From a virus (taxonomy: Duplodnaviria; Caudoviricetes): a stretch of DNA of 26,075 nucleotides. A program made the position numbers and the translations under genes. The notes beneath the pieces are model-generated. The model ran no database searches and was not told where the DNA came from. It was given only the letters and a program-made list of their open reading frames with translations. The DNA is taken from positions 1-26,075 of IMG/VR virus record IMGVR_UViG_3300025368_000021; one strand, 5' to 3'. Shown one piece after another: positions 16,887 to 25,127 of the stretch (position 1 is the first letter of the stretch; every line of letters starts with the position of its first letter).

Positions 16887-17194
16887 TAGTCACCCGATTG
16901 AATGATCGTTAAAGTGGCTGTACCGCTACCTGCCGATACGTTAAGACGAATAGCCGCCACTTGAAATGCATAGTTACCGTCTTGGTTGGCCGACAAGCTG
17001 GCCACCGTAGGATGATTAAACCAAGTAGGCGTGATGTTAGGGTTTTGGATGTCGTCAAACGTGTGCTGAACGGTGTACGTCACCGTGCCAGATACCACGC
17101 AGCCAAAGCCCACATTAAATGGCGTAAACCAATAGTCGGCTTGAAACGGTCGGCTAGAGCCTGTACCGGTTTGAGAAAGGATTACTGGAATCAT
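16886..17194 (-). CDS. Small all-beta virion protein, 102 aa
   Basis: AAGGAG SD; VSGTVTYTVQHTFDD...WFNHP...AIRLNV pattern familiar from phage structural regions. Confidence 0.8.
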   Translation of the reverse strand: MIPVILSQTGTGSSRPFQADYWFTPFNVGFGCVVSGTVTYTVQHTFDDIQNPNITPTWFNHPTVASLSANQDGNYAFQVAAIRLNVSAGSGTATLTIIQSGD

Positions 17195-17206
17195 TGCAAA
17201 GGCTCC

Positions 17207-17476
17207 TTAACACTTAACGTCCCAGCGTTTCAGCGCTAAATTGATCCGACTGTTGGGATCGTGCGCGGTCTTCGCTGAAGTCAATTTCTCTTTCATGCCA
17301 CACATTCTAGTCCTAAAGTTCTCTCGCCGTTGGGCAGAAGCAGGACTGTGTGCAGCTTCGCTAGCCGTTACCGGCTTTTTAATGTTGTGACCTTCAGCTC
17401 GCAAAGAAGCCCGGCCCTTTTCATTAAGACCGCCTTCAGGAGACTTTCCAGCTTTTCGTGTCCAAGCGCCAGACAT
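17207..17476 (-). CDS. DUF6321-like small basic phage protein, 89 aa
   Basis: AWTRKAGKSPEGGLNEKGRAS...RRENFRTRM...KLTSAKTAHDPNSRINLALKRW..C; ATG 17476 with GAGGTG SD. Confidence 0.8.
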   Translation of the reverse strand: MSGAWTRKAGKSPEGGLNEKGRASLRAEGHNIKKPVTASEAAHSPASAQRRENFRTRMCGMKEKLTSAKTAHDPNSRINLALKRWDVKC

Positions 17477-17491
17477 ATGCACCTCTTAAGG

Positions 17492-17519
17492 AAAAACGGG
17501 GGCACAGAGGCCCCCGCTT
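17492..17519 (-). terminator. Rho-independent terminator after the capsid operon
   Basis: Minus strand CGGGGGC-CTCTGT-GCCCCCG-TTTTT, intergenic. Confidence 0.85.
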
Positions 17520-17544
17520 AGTACGACCTTATGCCGAAAGGAAT

Positions 17545-17883
17545 TTATTCGTATTCCATTTCAACATTGTGGCCCGTTGGAGCAGTTCCCTTACGAGCGC
17601 TCGTAAAAGGGTTCATGTCCGAAGTAGCGCGACCACCCGACTTGCGGGGCTTGCGACCCGCATGCATCTTGTGCATTTCGCCGTGGACCTTCATTTCCAT
17701 CTTCTTAGCCTTACCACCGTGCTTACGCTTGGTGCGGCCACCGTGCTTACGCTCTTCGGCCTCGCTATCAATGTGTTTAGCATTGGTGCGAGCCTCTGGG
17801 GCTGTGCTGAGATCCTCAGCCTCCTCGTTAACGCCGCCCGTCGCTTTGTGGTGACGGCCCTTCATGCCTTTATGACCTTTCAT
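17545..17883 (-). CDS. Basic Lys/His-rich protein with repeated [KR]xxGG motifs, 112 aa; putative internal capsid protein
   Basis: AGGAG SD; KATGG, RKHGG twice, RKSGG; shares a 22-aa block with 22342..23451. Confidence 0.8.
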   Translation of the reverse strand: MKGHKGMKGRHHKATGGVNEEAEDLSTAPEARTNAKHIDSEAEERKHGGRTKRKHGGKAKKMEMKVHGEMHKMHAGRKPRKSGGRATSDMNPFTSARKGTAPTGHNVEMEYE

Positions 17884-17897
17884 TAAAAACTCCTAAA

Positions 17898-18410
17898 TTA
17901 TGCGGTGTACTGGCCGTTGGTGTAACTGTTAAACGCCTGAATATAGCGAACAACTAAAGTTCCTGCCCCCGTACCGGTATTGGTCGAGGTAATAACTAGC
18001 TCAACGTCAGTGGTTCCAACATTAAGCCAATTATTAATTTGAGTAAGACCAGTACCGGGCGTGACAGTAACTTTGCCTGCCGCGCTAGCCGTTACTGCGC
18101 CAGCCGTTGTCAATGCCGTAGCAGATGCCGTTGTGCCAATGCCTAGCGTAGAAGCTACTCCAGACCAAGCTGCTGTGGCATAAAGATCAATTGCAGTAAT
18201 AAAGCTATTAGCCGGAATAACGATTGACGTAGTGTATACGCCAGCCACCGATCCGTTAGTCGCCTGAGTAATTGCTTGAGCCTGCGCCATCTCACAGAAA
18301 CCGACGTTCTGCTGACCGGTGCTACCACCAAGTCCAGCAAGAACGCCTGTGCCGTCGCTGTTAAGGACGTTCCCTGCTAATACTGGCCCAGTAAAAACTG
18401 TTGATGCCAT
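17898..18410 (-). CDS. Putative minor capsid/decoration protein, 170 aa
   Basis: Directly downstream of the MCP; T.FTGPV N-terminus; IPANSFITAIDL...LGIGT...LVVRY beta-sandwich pattern. Confidence 0.6.
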   Translation of the reverse strand: MASTVFTGPVLAGNVLNSDGTGVLAGLGGSTGQQNVGFCEMAQAQAITQATNGSVAGVYTTSIVIPANSFITAIDLYATAAWSGVASTLGIGTTASATALTTAGAVTASAAGKVTVTPGTGLTQINNWLNVGTTDVELVITSTNTGTGAGTLVVRYIQAFNSYTNGQYTA

Positions 18411-18413
18411 GTT

Positions 18414-18448
18414 TTATCTCCTGAGATAATCCCCCATTGCTGGGGGAT
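18414..18448 (-). promoter_or_regulatory. GCAA-tetraloop hairpin followed by an SD-occluding hairpin, between the MCP and the next gene
   Basis: Minus strand ATCCCCCA-GCAA-TGGGGGAT, then TTATCT-CAGG-AGATAA overlapping AGGAG. Confidence 0.6.
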
Positions 18449-18456
18449 ATACCGTA

Positions 18457-19371
18457 TTACGACGTTGGGAACGAACCAAAGATCGAGCGCCAGTTGTAGT
18501 ACCCAAACGAGTACCGCTCATAGCCCTTAACCAACAGGTTGTCGGTCACGAAATCGACCTGCATGTCCGTTTCAAACTTCATACGGCTCATGTATGAGAG
18601 ACCGTCGATGTTGGTTAACAAGAACCATGCATAAGGCGACGTTAAGAAGTCGTTGACCATATAGCCTTCTGGAAGACCACCGGCCGTTGACAAGATTGCG
18701 TTGACATCGTTGTCTGCAGTACCCGGACGCAGCTCAGTCTTAACCAAGCGAATAGCCACTGGCTCAAGCTGTGGTGGGATAACTAACTTACGACCGCGAG
18801 CAAAGATCTTTAAACCAGCCTGATCACGGAAGTTGGTACGAATACCAATCATCGCGTTTAACAAGGTGGATTCGTTCAAGTCAACCTGAACGTAAGGCGT
18901 GTTAGCTACCGTGCCACCATCAATAGGATGGCTGTAGTTACACAGAGAAACACCATCACCACCGATCTGAGCGTTATACGTCGTTGCGGTGTTGAGAATG
19001 TTTGCGCCATAGATCTCTTTGGTCTGATGGAACGACTCAATCAAGCCAAGGTTGCTAGGATGGAACTGCGTCTTGTAGAGGTTGTCATCGATCGCCTTAC
19101 GGGTGATCGCATAACCCAACGCAATTTCATTATGCTCTTGGTTATAAACAAAGCGCTCGCCTGCGCTGTTGTCAAACTGAGTCTGACCACCTTCCGTCTT
19201 GAGCTGGGCAAGACCCAAGTAACGCATTTCAGCGGTACGCTCAAGAGCCAGTTTCGAGTCATGTTTCGTGAAGATCTTGTCGTACTGCGACGGGATCATC
19301 TCGTACTTGCCTTCTACCCCACGCAGGCCGGGGAGCAGAAGGTCTTTAATCGCACTAAGATTAACGGCCAT
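18457..19371 (-). CDS. Major capsid protein (HK97 fold, Mu gpT-like), 304 aa
   Basis: LLPGL, KTEGG, IALGYAITRKAIDDNLY, GGDGVSL...HP, KLVIPPQL, GTADNDVN, NDFLT...AWFL and YERYSFG..NWRSIFGS motifs; AAGGAG SD; strong codon bias. Confidence 0.93.
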   Translation of the reverse strand: MAVNLSAIKDLLLPGLRGVEGKYEMIPSQYDKIFTKHDSKLALERTAEMRYLGLAQLKTEGGQTQFDNSAGERFVYNQEHNEIALGYAITRKAIDDNLYKTQFHPSNLGLIESFHQTKEIYGANILNTATTYNAQIGGDGVSLCNYSHPIDGGTVANTPYVQVDLNESTLLNAMIGIRTNFRDQAGLKIFARGRKLVIPPQLEPVAIRLVKTELRPGTADNDVNAILSTAGGLPEGYMVNDFLTSPYAWFLLTNIDGLSYMSRMKFETDMQVDFVTDNLLVKGYERYSFGYYNWRSIFGSFPTS

Positions 19372-19384
19372 TTTTAACTACTCC

Positions 19385-19993
19385 TTAAACTGCGGTGAGA
19401 GACTTGGTCTCTACGGCATTGAACGCTACAACAATATAGTTATTTGCAGCCGTTGGGCTGTAAACAACCGCGCCAGCGCCCGTAGCAATCGCAGGTACGT
19501 TAGTTGATAAAGAAACAATACGGAAAGGCAAAGTAGCCGTGGTGTTTACACTGGAATACAGTGCATAAGCACCGCTGATGCCGTTGGCCGTATTGCCAGT
19601 GCCGACGTTATACCCAATGTTTAAGCCGACCTGAGCCTGCGTGACCGGACCTGCGCCCGAACCGCCAACCTGCACCAAGAACTGGGCATTAGGATCGTTG
19701 ATGTAGTAAGCCTCAACCACCGTGGCGCTATCCGAACCGGGCCAATAGTTGGACCAGACGGTACGTTTCTGCGAGACCGACAGGTACTTGCAGCCAACGA
19801 AAATACCCGCAATCGGGCTGGTGGTGTCGTTGTCACCCTGAATCAGGTAACCCGACGAAATGACTACAGGATCGTTGAAAAAGATCGCCGTAGTGTTGGT
19901 GTAATTGATTGCGCCGACGACTTGTTCATAAGTCGGGGCGGAACCCGTTCCTTTTAGCTGCTGGAACCCAAATGGCGCGAAAGTATTCGCCAT
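19385..19993 (-). CDS. Putative capsid decoration/cement protein, 202 aa
   Basis: MANTFAPFGF, IFFNDPV, GIFVGCKY, DPNAQFLVQ motifs; immediately upstream of the MCP; AGGAG SD. Confidence 0.65.
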   Translation of the reverse strand: MANTFAPFGFQQLKGTGSAPTYEQVVGAINYTNTTAIFFNDPVVISSGYLIQGDNDTTSPIAGIFVGCKYLSVSQKRTVWSNYWPGSDSATVVEAYYINDPNAQFLVQVGGSGAGPVTQAQVGLNIGYNVGTGNTANGISGAYALYSSVNTTATLPFRIVSLSTNVPAIATGAGAVVYSPTAANNYIVVAFNAVETKSLTAV

Positions 19994-20084
19994 GACGGTT
20001 GTCTCCTATTACGGAGGCCATCATCGCGCACCGGGGCGACTTAGACCGGAATTAAGATTCAACCCTGCCACCGGGGAGGGGTTG
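19994..20084 (-). promoter_or_regulatory. Structured 5' leader of the capsid operon: two hairpins with CCCCGGUG loops plus an SD hairpin (candidate cis-regulatory RNA)
   Basis: caccgggg at 20029-20036 and 20069-20076, each enclosed by inverted repeats; CTCC-GTAATA-GGAG covers the SD. Confidence 0.55.
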
Positions 20085-20088
20085 CGAC

Positions 20089-20118
20089 AATTTATTCAGA
20101 ATTTTAGCTATATGTCAA
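20089..20118 (-). promoter_or_regulatory. Sigma70-type promoter for the capsid operon
   Basis: TTGACA (20118-20113), 18-nt spacer, TAAATT (20094-20089), in the largest intergenic gap of the window. Confidence 0.7.
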
Positions 20119-20138
20119 CAACCCCCTTGATTTTAATA

Positions 20139-20747
20139 TTATTTAGGGATTGGGATCGACTCGTAAGACCGGTTGACCTTCACCAAGGAAGAATCCTTGT
20201 TGTTTCGGCCAAATTGGTTGTTAGGAGCCTCGCTCAGTTGCCGTTCTTTCTGGCTAACCTGCATCCGGGCGTCTCGCAATTCGCGCTGGCGAGCCTCGTC
20301 AGTAATTTCCTTAGGCCGTTCCATGAGGATTTGGCCATCTTGTAGGATAACGGCTGACGAAGAATTGACCGGCATTAGCTCCGGGTGACGCTTGGTTGGC
20401 ACCGGCTCCCACCCATCACGAGCCAATTTGACCGCATACGCCGGGTCTTCCTTGCCTAAAACGGTGTGGCGCTTCCATTCATAGGTCCATCCGTCAGGAA
20501 TAACCTCTTTAGGAATGTGAAACTTGTCTACGCCTTCGGATATTTCGCTGCGATGGTTACGCAACTCCGCTGTACGCCGTGCGGCACGGGTCATGGGGTC
20601 TTCTTCACGCATAACAGGACGCATATCAGGCCGGTAGAGATCTATTTCAGCCTCTTCTGCCTTAATTTCCTCAGCTTCTTCGTTCACTTCAGCAAGAAAC
20701 TTGCTGTTACGCGCCGTAATGCGCTTTTTATCGTTTTCGGTATCCAT
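20139..20747 (-). CDS. Phage head-module protein of unknown function, 202 aa
   Basis: IPDGWTYEWKR...GWEPV...ILMERPKE motifs; lies between scaffold and capsid genes; AAGGAG SD. Confidence 0.8.
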   Translation of the reverse strand: MDTENDKKRITARNSKFLAEVNEEAEEIKAEEAEIDLYRPDMRPVMREEDPMTRAARRTAELRNHRSEISEGVDKFHIPKEVIPDGWTYEWKRHTVLGKEDPAYAVKLARDGWEPVPTKRHPELMPVNSSSAVILQDGQILMERPKEITDEARQRELRDARMQVSQKERQLSEAPNNQFGRNNKDSSLVKVNRSYESIPIPK

Positions 20748-20757
20748 AAATTACTCC

Positions 20758-21645
20758 TTAATGGCTTTCGCGCTGCACTTTTAGCTTCATTCGGGCATAT
20801 TCTTCGTCAGTCATACCGCTAAATTGAGCTATTTCACGCTCTGCGGCACTTAAACGAACCACGTTAGGACGACTACCAGTGCCTGTGCCACTACGGCTAA
20901 CCGGCGCAGCAGGCGGTGAGGAGCGTTTCTGCGTGGCTTTAGCCGCTGTTTGTGACGGATTGCTGTAATCCGATGAAGCACTGACACCTAAAATGGACTC
21001 TACGCGATCAAAATAGTCATCCGTGTCCGGTGTGTAGTCATCAGAAACCACTAACTGGTGGGCTGCGATCATTTTTTGATACAGCTTAGGGTTAGTTGCG
21101 TACTGAGGATTACGGCGAATCCACTCAGCCGACCGTGGGGTGAGCTGAGAGGCCAGTGCCTCTACCGGATCGGATGGCGTATAAGCCGCAGGAGCCTGCG
21201 CCCGTGGCTGATTTTCTAAATCAGTCTTTCCTCGCTCCAAGTCCTTTAGCCGATCGTTGTTAATAATCATATCGTGCTGAATACGAGCAGCACGATCATG
21301 ATCGCCTTCCGATATAGCATCACGATAATTAGAAATTAACACTTCAGAATTTTGTTTAACCGACTCTAAAGCATTGCTAATAAGGTGATATTGGTTCTCG
21401 CGCACCTCATTGGTTGCTACGCTGGCTCGCGTAGACGCTTCATAGGCCCGTTTTTCAGCATCTAAACGAGCAGCTTTTTCTGCTTCTAAATTAGCCTTTA
21501 ATTCTTCTAATGCATCGTCTGTAGAAGACTTTTTAGGCTTAGTACCGGGTTTTTCATCCGATAATTCAACTTTGATTTCTTCCGTTTTAGGAAGGTCATC
21601 AGGAATTTCTAGCAAAATATCGGTTTGTTCAGGGGTCTCAGACAT
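20758..21645 (-). CDS. Capsid scaffolding protein, 295 aa
   Basis: Acidic N-terminus, long coiled coil, W..RNP, DYFDRV, and C-terminal helix-turn-helix VRLSAAEREIAQFSGMTDEEYARMK; upstream of the MCP. Confidence 0.75.
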   Translation of the reverse strand: MSETPEQTDILLEIPDDLPKTEEIKVELSDEKPGTKPKKSSTDDALEELKANLEAEKAARLDAEKRAYEASTRASVATNEVRENQYHLISNALESVKQNSEVLISNYRDAISEGDHDRAARIQHDMIINNDRLKDLERGKTDLENQPRAQAPAAYTPSDPVEALASQLTPRSAEWIRRNPQYATNPKLYQKMIAAHQLVVSDDYTPDTDDYFDRVESILGVSASSDYSNPSQTAAKATQKRSSPPAAPVSRSGTGTGSRPNVVRLSAAEREIAQFSGMTDEEYARMKLKVQRESH

Positions 21646-21656
21646 GGCTTATCTCC

Positions 21657-22061
21657 TTACCAAACTTTATCAGGATCAATAATGCTGCCCTTGACATCCA
21701 CATCATCAAGGATTCGGCATAAAGTGCCGTCATCGCCACCCGGTAACGTGATTGCCCAGCCATCAGAAGGTCTGAAAATAACCCAATTAAGCAACTCAAT
21801 GGACATGTTCTTAAACCATTTCTGGCTAGAGTCCACAAAGGCATCCGGTCCCATTTTAATAACCAAACCTACCTTGCCTTGGTTGCGGTCTTCCTTAACG
21901 TAACTAGAAGGCAAAGCAATTCCGCCCTTAGTTAACTCAGGCCGAACATAAACGGCCACTAAAACTTGATTGTGATAGATCTGGACATCATCAATATTGC
22001 CAATCCGTTTAAGGATGGCATCTTTAGGATCGATATCGTGCTTCATTGCCATAATGGGCAT
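21657..22061 (-). CDS. groES: GroES-like co-chaperonin, 134 aa
   Basis: VLV...ELTKGGIALP mobile loop, GLVIKMGPDAF, WVIF, RILDDVDVKG; GGAG SD. Confidence 0.85.
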   Translation of the reverse strand: MPIMAMKHDIDPKDAILKRIGNIDDVQIYHNQVLVAVYVRPELTKGGIALPSSYVKEDRNQGKVGLVIKMGPDAFVDSSQKWFKNMSIELLNWVIFRPSDGWAITLPGGDDGTLCRILDDVDVKGSIIDPDKVW

Positions 22062-22075
22062 GGACTTTTTCTCCG

Positions 22076-22276
22076 TTAACGGTTATCGACGTTTTTATCT
22101 GCTTCTTCAAAATATCCAATGGCTTTTTTTAACCCTTGGATCTCGCCTACCGCTTTTTTATATTCGGCATAATCAGTAATGCTCATGCCTAACGTGAGGT
22201 TTTCTGCCAGCCTTTCAATCTCTGCATGAAGTAACTTTGCGAGTTCTCTTGCAAAAGCCGTAGAGTAAGTCTGCAT
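22076..22276 (-). CDS. Small helical phage protein, 66 aa
   Basis: Start revised to ATG 22276 because the track start lies inside the terminator; L..G...DYAEYKKAVGEIQGL pattern typical of the gene before phage groES. Confidence 0.8.
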   Translation of the reverse strand: MQTYSTAFARELAKLLHAEIERLAENLTLGMSITDYAEYKKAVGEIQGLKKAIGYFEEADKNVDNR

Positions 22277-22287
22277 ATTTAACCCAT

Positions 22288-22328
22288 AAAAAAAGCGGGG
22301 CGACCAGATTACTCCAGTCACCCCGCTT
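22288..22328 (-). terminator. Rho-independent terminator with GTAA tetraloop
   Basis: Minus strand AAGCGGGGTGACTGGA-GTAA-TCTGGTCGCCCCGCTT-TTTTT (long stem with G-U pairs). Confidence 0.9.
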
Positions 22329-22341
22329 ATGTCATCTTAGA

Positions 22342-23451
22342 TTAACCCCGATGTTTTTGAATTTGGGTTTTCTCTAAGCGCCCTAGCCCTCCACCCGAAC
22401 CGGCATCCATGTCTTTGTATGAACGATAGCTACGGTGTCCGACTCGACCGCCACTCTTACGCCCCATCATAGGGGGCATGCCGGGAGGCGGAGCGCCTGC
22501 GCCGGGAGGCATCCCGGGAGGCATGCCGGGAGGGCCGCCAGCACCCATAGGAGGCATGGGCATCGGCATTGCGCGAGGCGGTGGGGGCGGTGGCATCATG
22601 CCGGGTGCAGGAGCGCCCATGCCGCCGTGGGGCTTATGATCGGCAATAATGATATTGACGTTCATGCCCTTACCAGCCTTACCACCGTGCGCCCGGGCCA
22701 TACGGCCACCTACGGGGCGGGTGCCCTGCATCTGGCCGTCTAGCGAGCCTCCAGAGGCCCGACCCTTGCGGCAAATGGGGCAATCGCACCCCTTGCTGTG
22801 AGCGCTGCCGCCGTGTGCCTTCTTACGGGCAGCGGCTGCATTGTCTACCAAGTTAGGGTAGGGGCGGCCTGCCGCCTTGGCCATTGCCTTAGCCGAAGCC
22901 TTCTTAGACTTGCTTAAGGCATGAGTCTTATGGTCTTCAGGCGCAGATTTCTCCCAAAACGGCTTTTCAGCTTTGCCGCCGCTCTTCTTGCCCATCCGGC
23001 CGCCCATGCATTTGCCGCAACGGCAATCTTCTGGATGACCCTTCATGGCAGAAGGTTTAACCATCTTTTTGATTAACTTGGTGTCTTCAACCATATCCTC
23101 GTGCTTATCGGTCTTGCCGCCTCGCTTGAAGGCTCCAACATGCTTAACGCCGTGGCGCTGCTCATTGGCCTCCACCATATCTCGATTGAGCAGGCTATCG
23201 GCCGTCAGGGCACGGCCGCCCGACTTGCGGGGCTTGCGGCCAGCGTGGTGTTTGGCCATTTCACCCAAGACCTTGCCACCGGCCTTAAACCGGCGCATAC
23301 GGACAGGCCGCGCTCCGGTCTTGGCGGTGGTTTCTAGCTGCTCCGGCGGAACAAAGCTTGAAGCATCGACTTTGGCGTGGGGGTCGCCTGAAGACATACG
23401 GGTTGCTTTTTCCCGTAATGCCTTCCGGGCAGCTTTTGCTGTTTCGGACAT
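22342..23451 (-). CDS. Basic low-complexity protein, 369 aa, with about 11 xxxGG motifs, two HxxxCxCxxC motifs and a Pro/Met-rich tract; putative internal capsid protein
   Basis: GGAG SD; GC-rich coding; followed by a terminator. Confidence 0.85.
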   Translation of the reverse strand: MSETAKAARKALREKATRMSSGDPHAKVDASSFVPPEQLETTAKTGARPVRMRRFKAGGKVLGEMAKHHAGRKPRKSGGRALTADSLLNRDMVEANEQRHGVKHVGAFKRGGKTDKHEDMVEDTKLIKKMVKPSAMKGHPEDCRCGKCMGGRMGKKSGGKAEKPFWEKSAPEDHKTHALSKSKKASAKAMAKAAGRPYPNLVDNAAAARKKAHGGSAHSKGCDCPICRKGRASGGSLDGQMQGTRPVGGRMARAHGGKAGKGMNVNIIIADHKPHGGMGAPAPGMMPPPPPPRAMPMPMPPMGAGGPPGMPPGMPPGAGAPPPGMPPMMGRKSGGRVGHRSYRSYKDMDAGSGGGLGRLEKTQIQKHRG

Positions 23452-23471
23452 TTCAATTCTCCATGAAGGAA

Positions 23472-25127
23472 TTACGGGGTGCCCCGTTTTGTTAACTGCC
23501 TAGCGAGCATCACGGCACCGGGCAGTGACGGGCCGCTCTTATGTGAAATATTAAGCGCTTTTTTAATTAAATTTCCATGAGAATGTTTAATTGGCTCCCA
23601 ATAGCGCCGCCGGGACCCGTCATCTTCGTCATGGTCGTAATGCTCTAAGTTATGGAATTGGCTTAAATAATCGTCTTCTTCCAATCCATTGACCGGATCG
23701 TGAACCAAGCCGCCTTTGGCAAAATGATCCTGTGGCATACCACCAACAGCATTTTCATCATCGGCAGGTTTAAATTGCGATTCTTTTTGAATTGGAATCT
23801 TTACTTCATGATTAGTTGCATAAGAAGGATTCAAAATTGGACCTAAAATGGGATTGCCTTTTTTGCCCAAACGAGGCTTCCCCGTTTTTTCATCTAATGG
23901 AGAAGGCCCTCGCTCGTAAGCGTCTGGCTTTTTAATTTGCGGATCGTAATGGACAAAAAATCCTTTTGCGTCTTTTGCCGCTTCAGACATTTTTCCAGAA
24001 ACTTTTTTATTACGAAGACCAATAATAACGCCTCGTTGGCCGGGGGCTTGTTTGTCCATTGGTCGATAATCATGAGTATCCCCATCGATTACATCATAAT
24101 ATTGCCCAGTTTCTTCATCATGAACAGTTTTAGGCAAAAATCGTTTATGACTAAAAGCCATTGCAACATTATGGCCGTTATCTAGAACAGACCTCATGCC
24201 GTTTTTCCCAGTCCAATTTTGGTTAGGGTTATGAACGTGATAAGAATCAATGACGTTGCCTTTGTTGTCTTTGTTTTCAATATCTTGAGAAAAGCCTGTT
24301 GAAGAAAAAGTTAGGTGATGGTTTGGCAAAGGATTGCCTTTGTCATCAAGCAAAGGTTTATTAGGCAATTTGGTGTAATCGTAAAAACTAACATCCGGGT
24401 GGGCAGTAATTAATGATCGATATACGCGAGGAGGAATGTCTGATAAAACATTTAATCTCACGCCTTGCAAATTGCCATTGGCATTGGCCTGCTCTTTAGC
24501 AGCTTGAATTTCATCATGCAATTTAATGGCAAAAGCTTGAGGGTTGTGCAAAAAAGCCAAGGTTTTTATAAGGCTATTTAATCGAGGCCCTTTGATCGCC
24601 TTTAAATCAATTCCGCCGCCCAATTTGTGATAATTACCCGAAGTAAGTCCAAGGCAAAGATCTTTGCAGGCAGCATGATTAGGACAGACGTTAAAATTTC
24701 CTTCTTGATAAGCCGGGGATAAGGGCAATCCAGTCGTTTCAATGCCTTGTCCATTAGGCAAGCTAATAGGTTCTGCTCCCTTGTAGCCTTTTTCGGATTT
24801 CATTAATTTTTCGTTTTTTCCTAACAAGCTTTTAACTCGACCATTTTGGCCTCTTCCTAAAAAAGAGGCCAATGCGTCTTCTGCTTGTTTGCTATTTTCA
24901 ATTCTTTGTTCTGGCGTCAAAGAAAGATGGTTAGAAATAGCTTTATCAACTGAATTTGCCAAAAAAGAATTAGTAATTCGATGAGGGGAAGAAGGAATAT
25001 TCCCTGATTGAATTTGAGAAATTAAATTGTCATTGCTATTTAAAGAGCGAGTAGATTTAGCAATTTTCATTGCTTGTTGCACCGCAGGGTTGCTCGCGCC
25101 TTCTCGATTAACAATATCAAATGACAT
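23472..25127 (-). CDS. GP88-like (radical-SAM-related) domain protein with N- and C-terminal extensions, 551 aa
   Basis: NVCPNHAACKDLCL, VRLNVLSDI, FYDYTK, HLTFS, NVAMAF, VIDGDTHDYR and GVIIGLRNK appear in GP88-family order; AAAGGA SD. Confidence 0.75.
   Translation of the reverse strand: MSFDIVNREGASNPAVQQAMKIAKSTRSLNSNDNLISQIQSGNIPSSPHRITNSFLANSVDKAISNHLSLTPEQRIENSKQAEDALASFLGRGQNGRVKSLLGKNEKLMKSEKGYKGAEPISLPNGQGIETTGLPLSPAYQEGNFNVCPNHAACKDLCLGLTSGNYHKLGGGIDLKAIKGPRLNSLIKTLAFLHNPQAFAIKLHDEIQAAKEQANANGNLQGVRLNVLSDIPPRVYRSLITAHPDVSFYDYTKLPNKPLLDDKGNPLPNHHLTFSSTGFSQDIENKDNKGNVIDSYHVHNPNQNWTGKNGMRSVLDNGHNVAMAFSHKRFLPKTVHDEETGQYYDVIDGDTHDYRPMDKQAPGQRGVIIGLRNKKVSGKMSEAAKDAKGFFVHYDPQIKKPDAYERGPSPLDEKTGKPRLGKKGNPILGPILNPSYATNHEVKIPIQKESQFKPADDENAVGGMPQDHFAKGGLVHDPVNGLEEDDYLSQFHNLEHYDHDEDDGSRRRYWEPIKHSHGNLIKKALNISHKSGPSLPGAVMLARQLTKRGTP

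Noticed and set aside
22277-22321. Track N-terminal extension MTGVIWSPRFFYGLN
   Set aside because: It is a translation of the terminator hairpin and U-tract.
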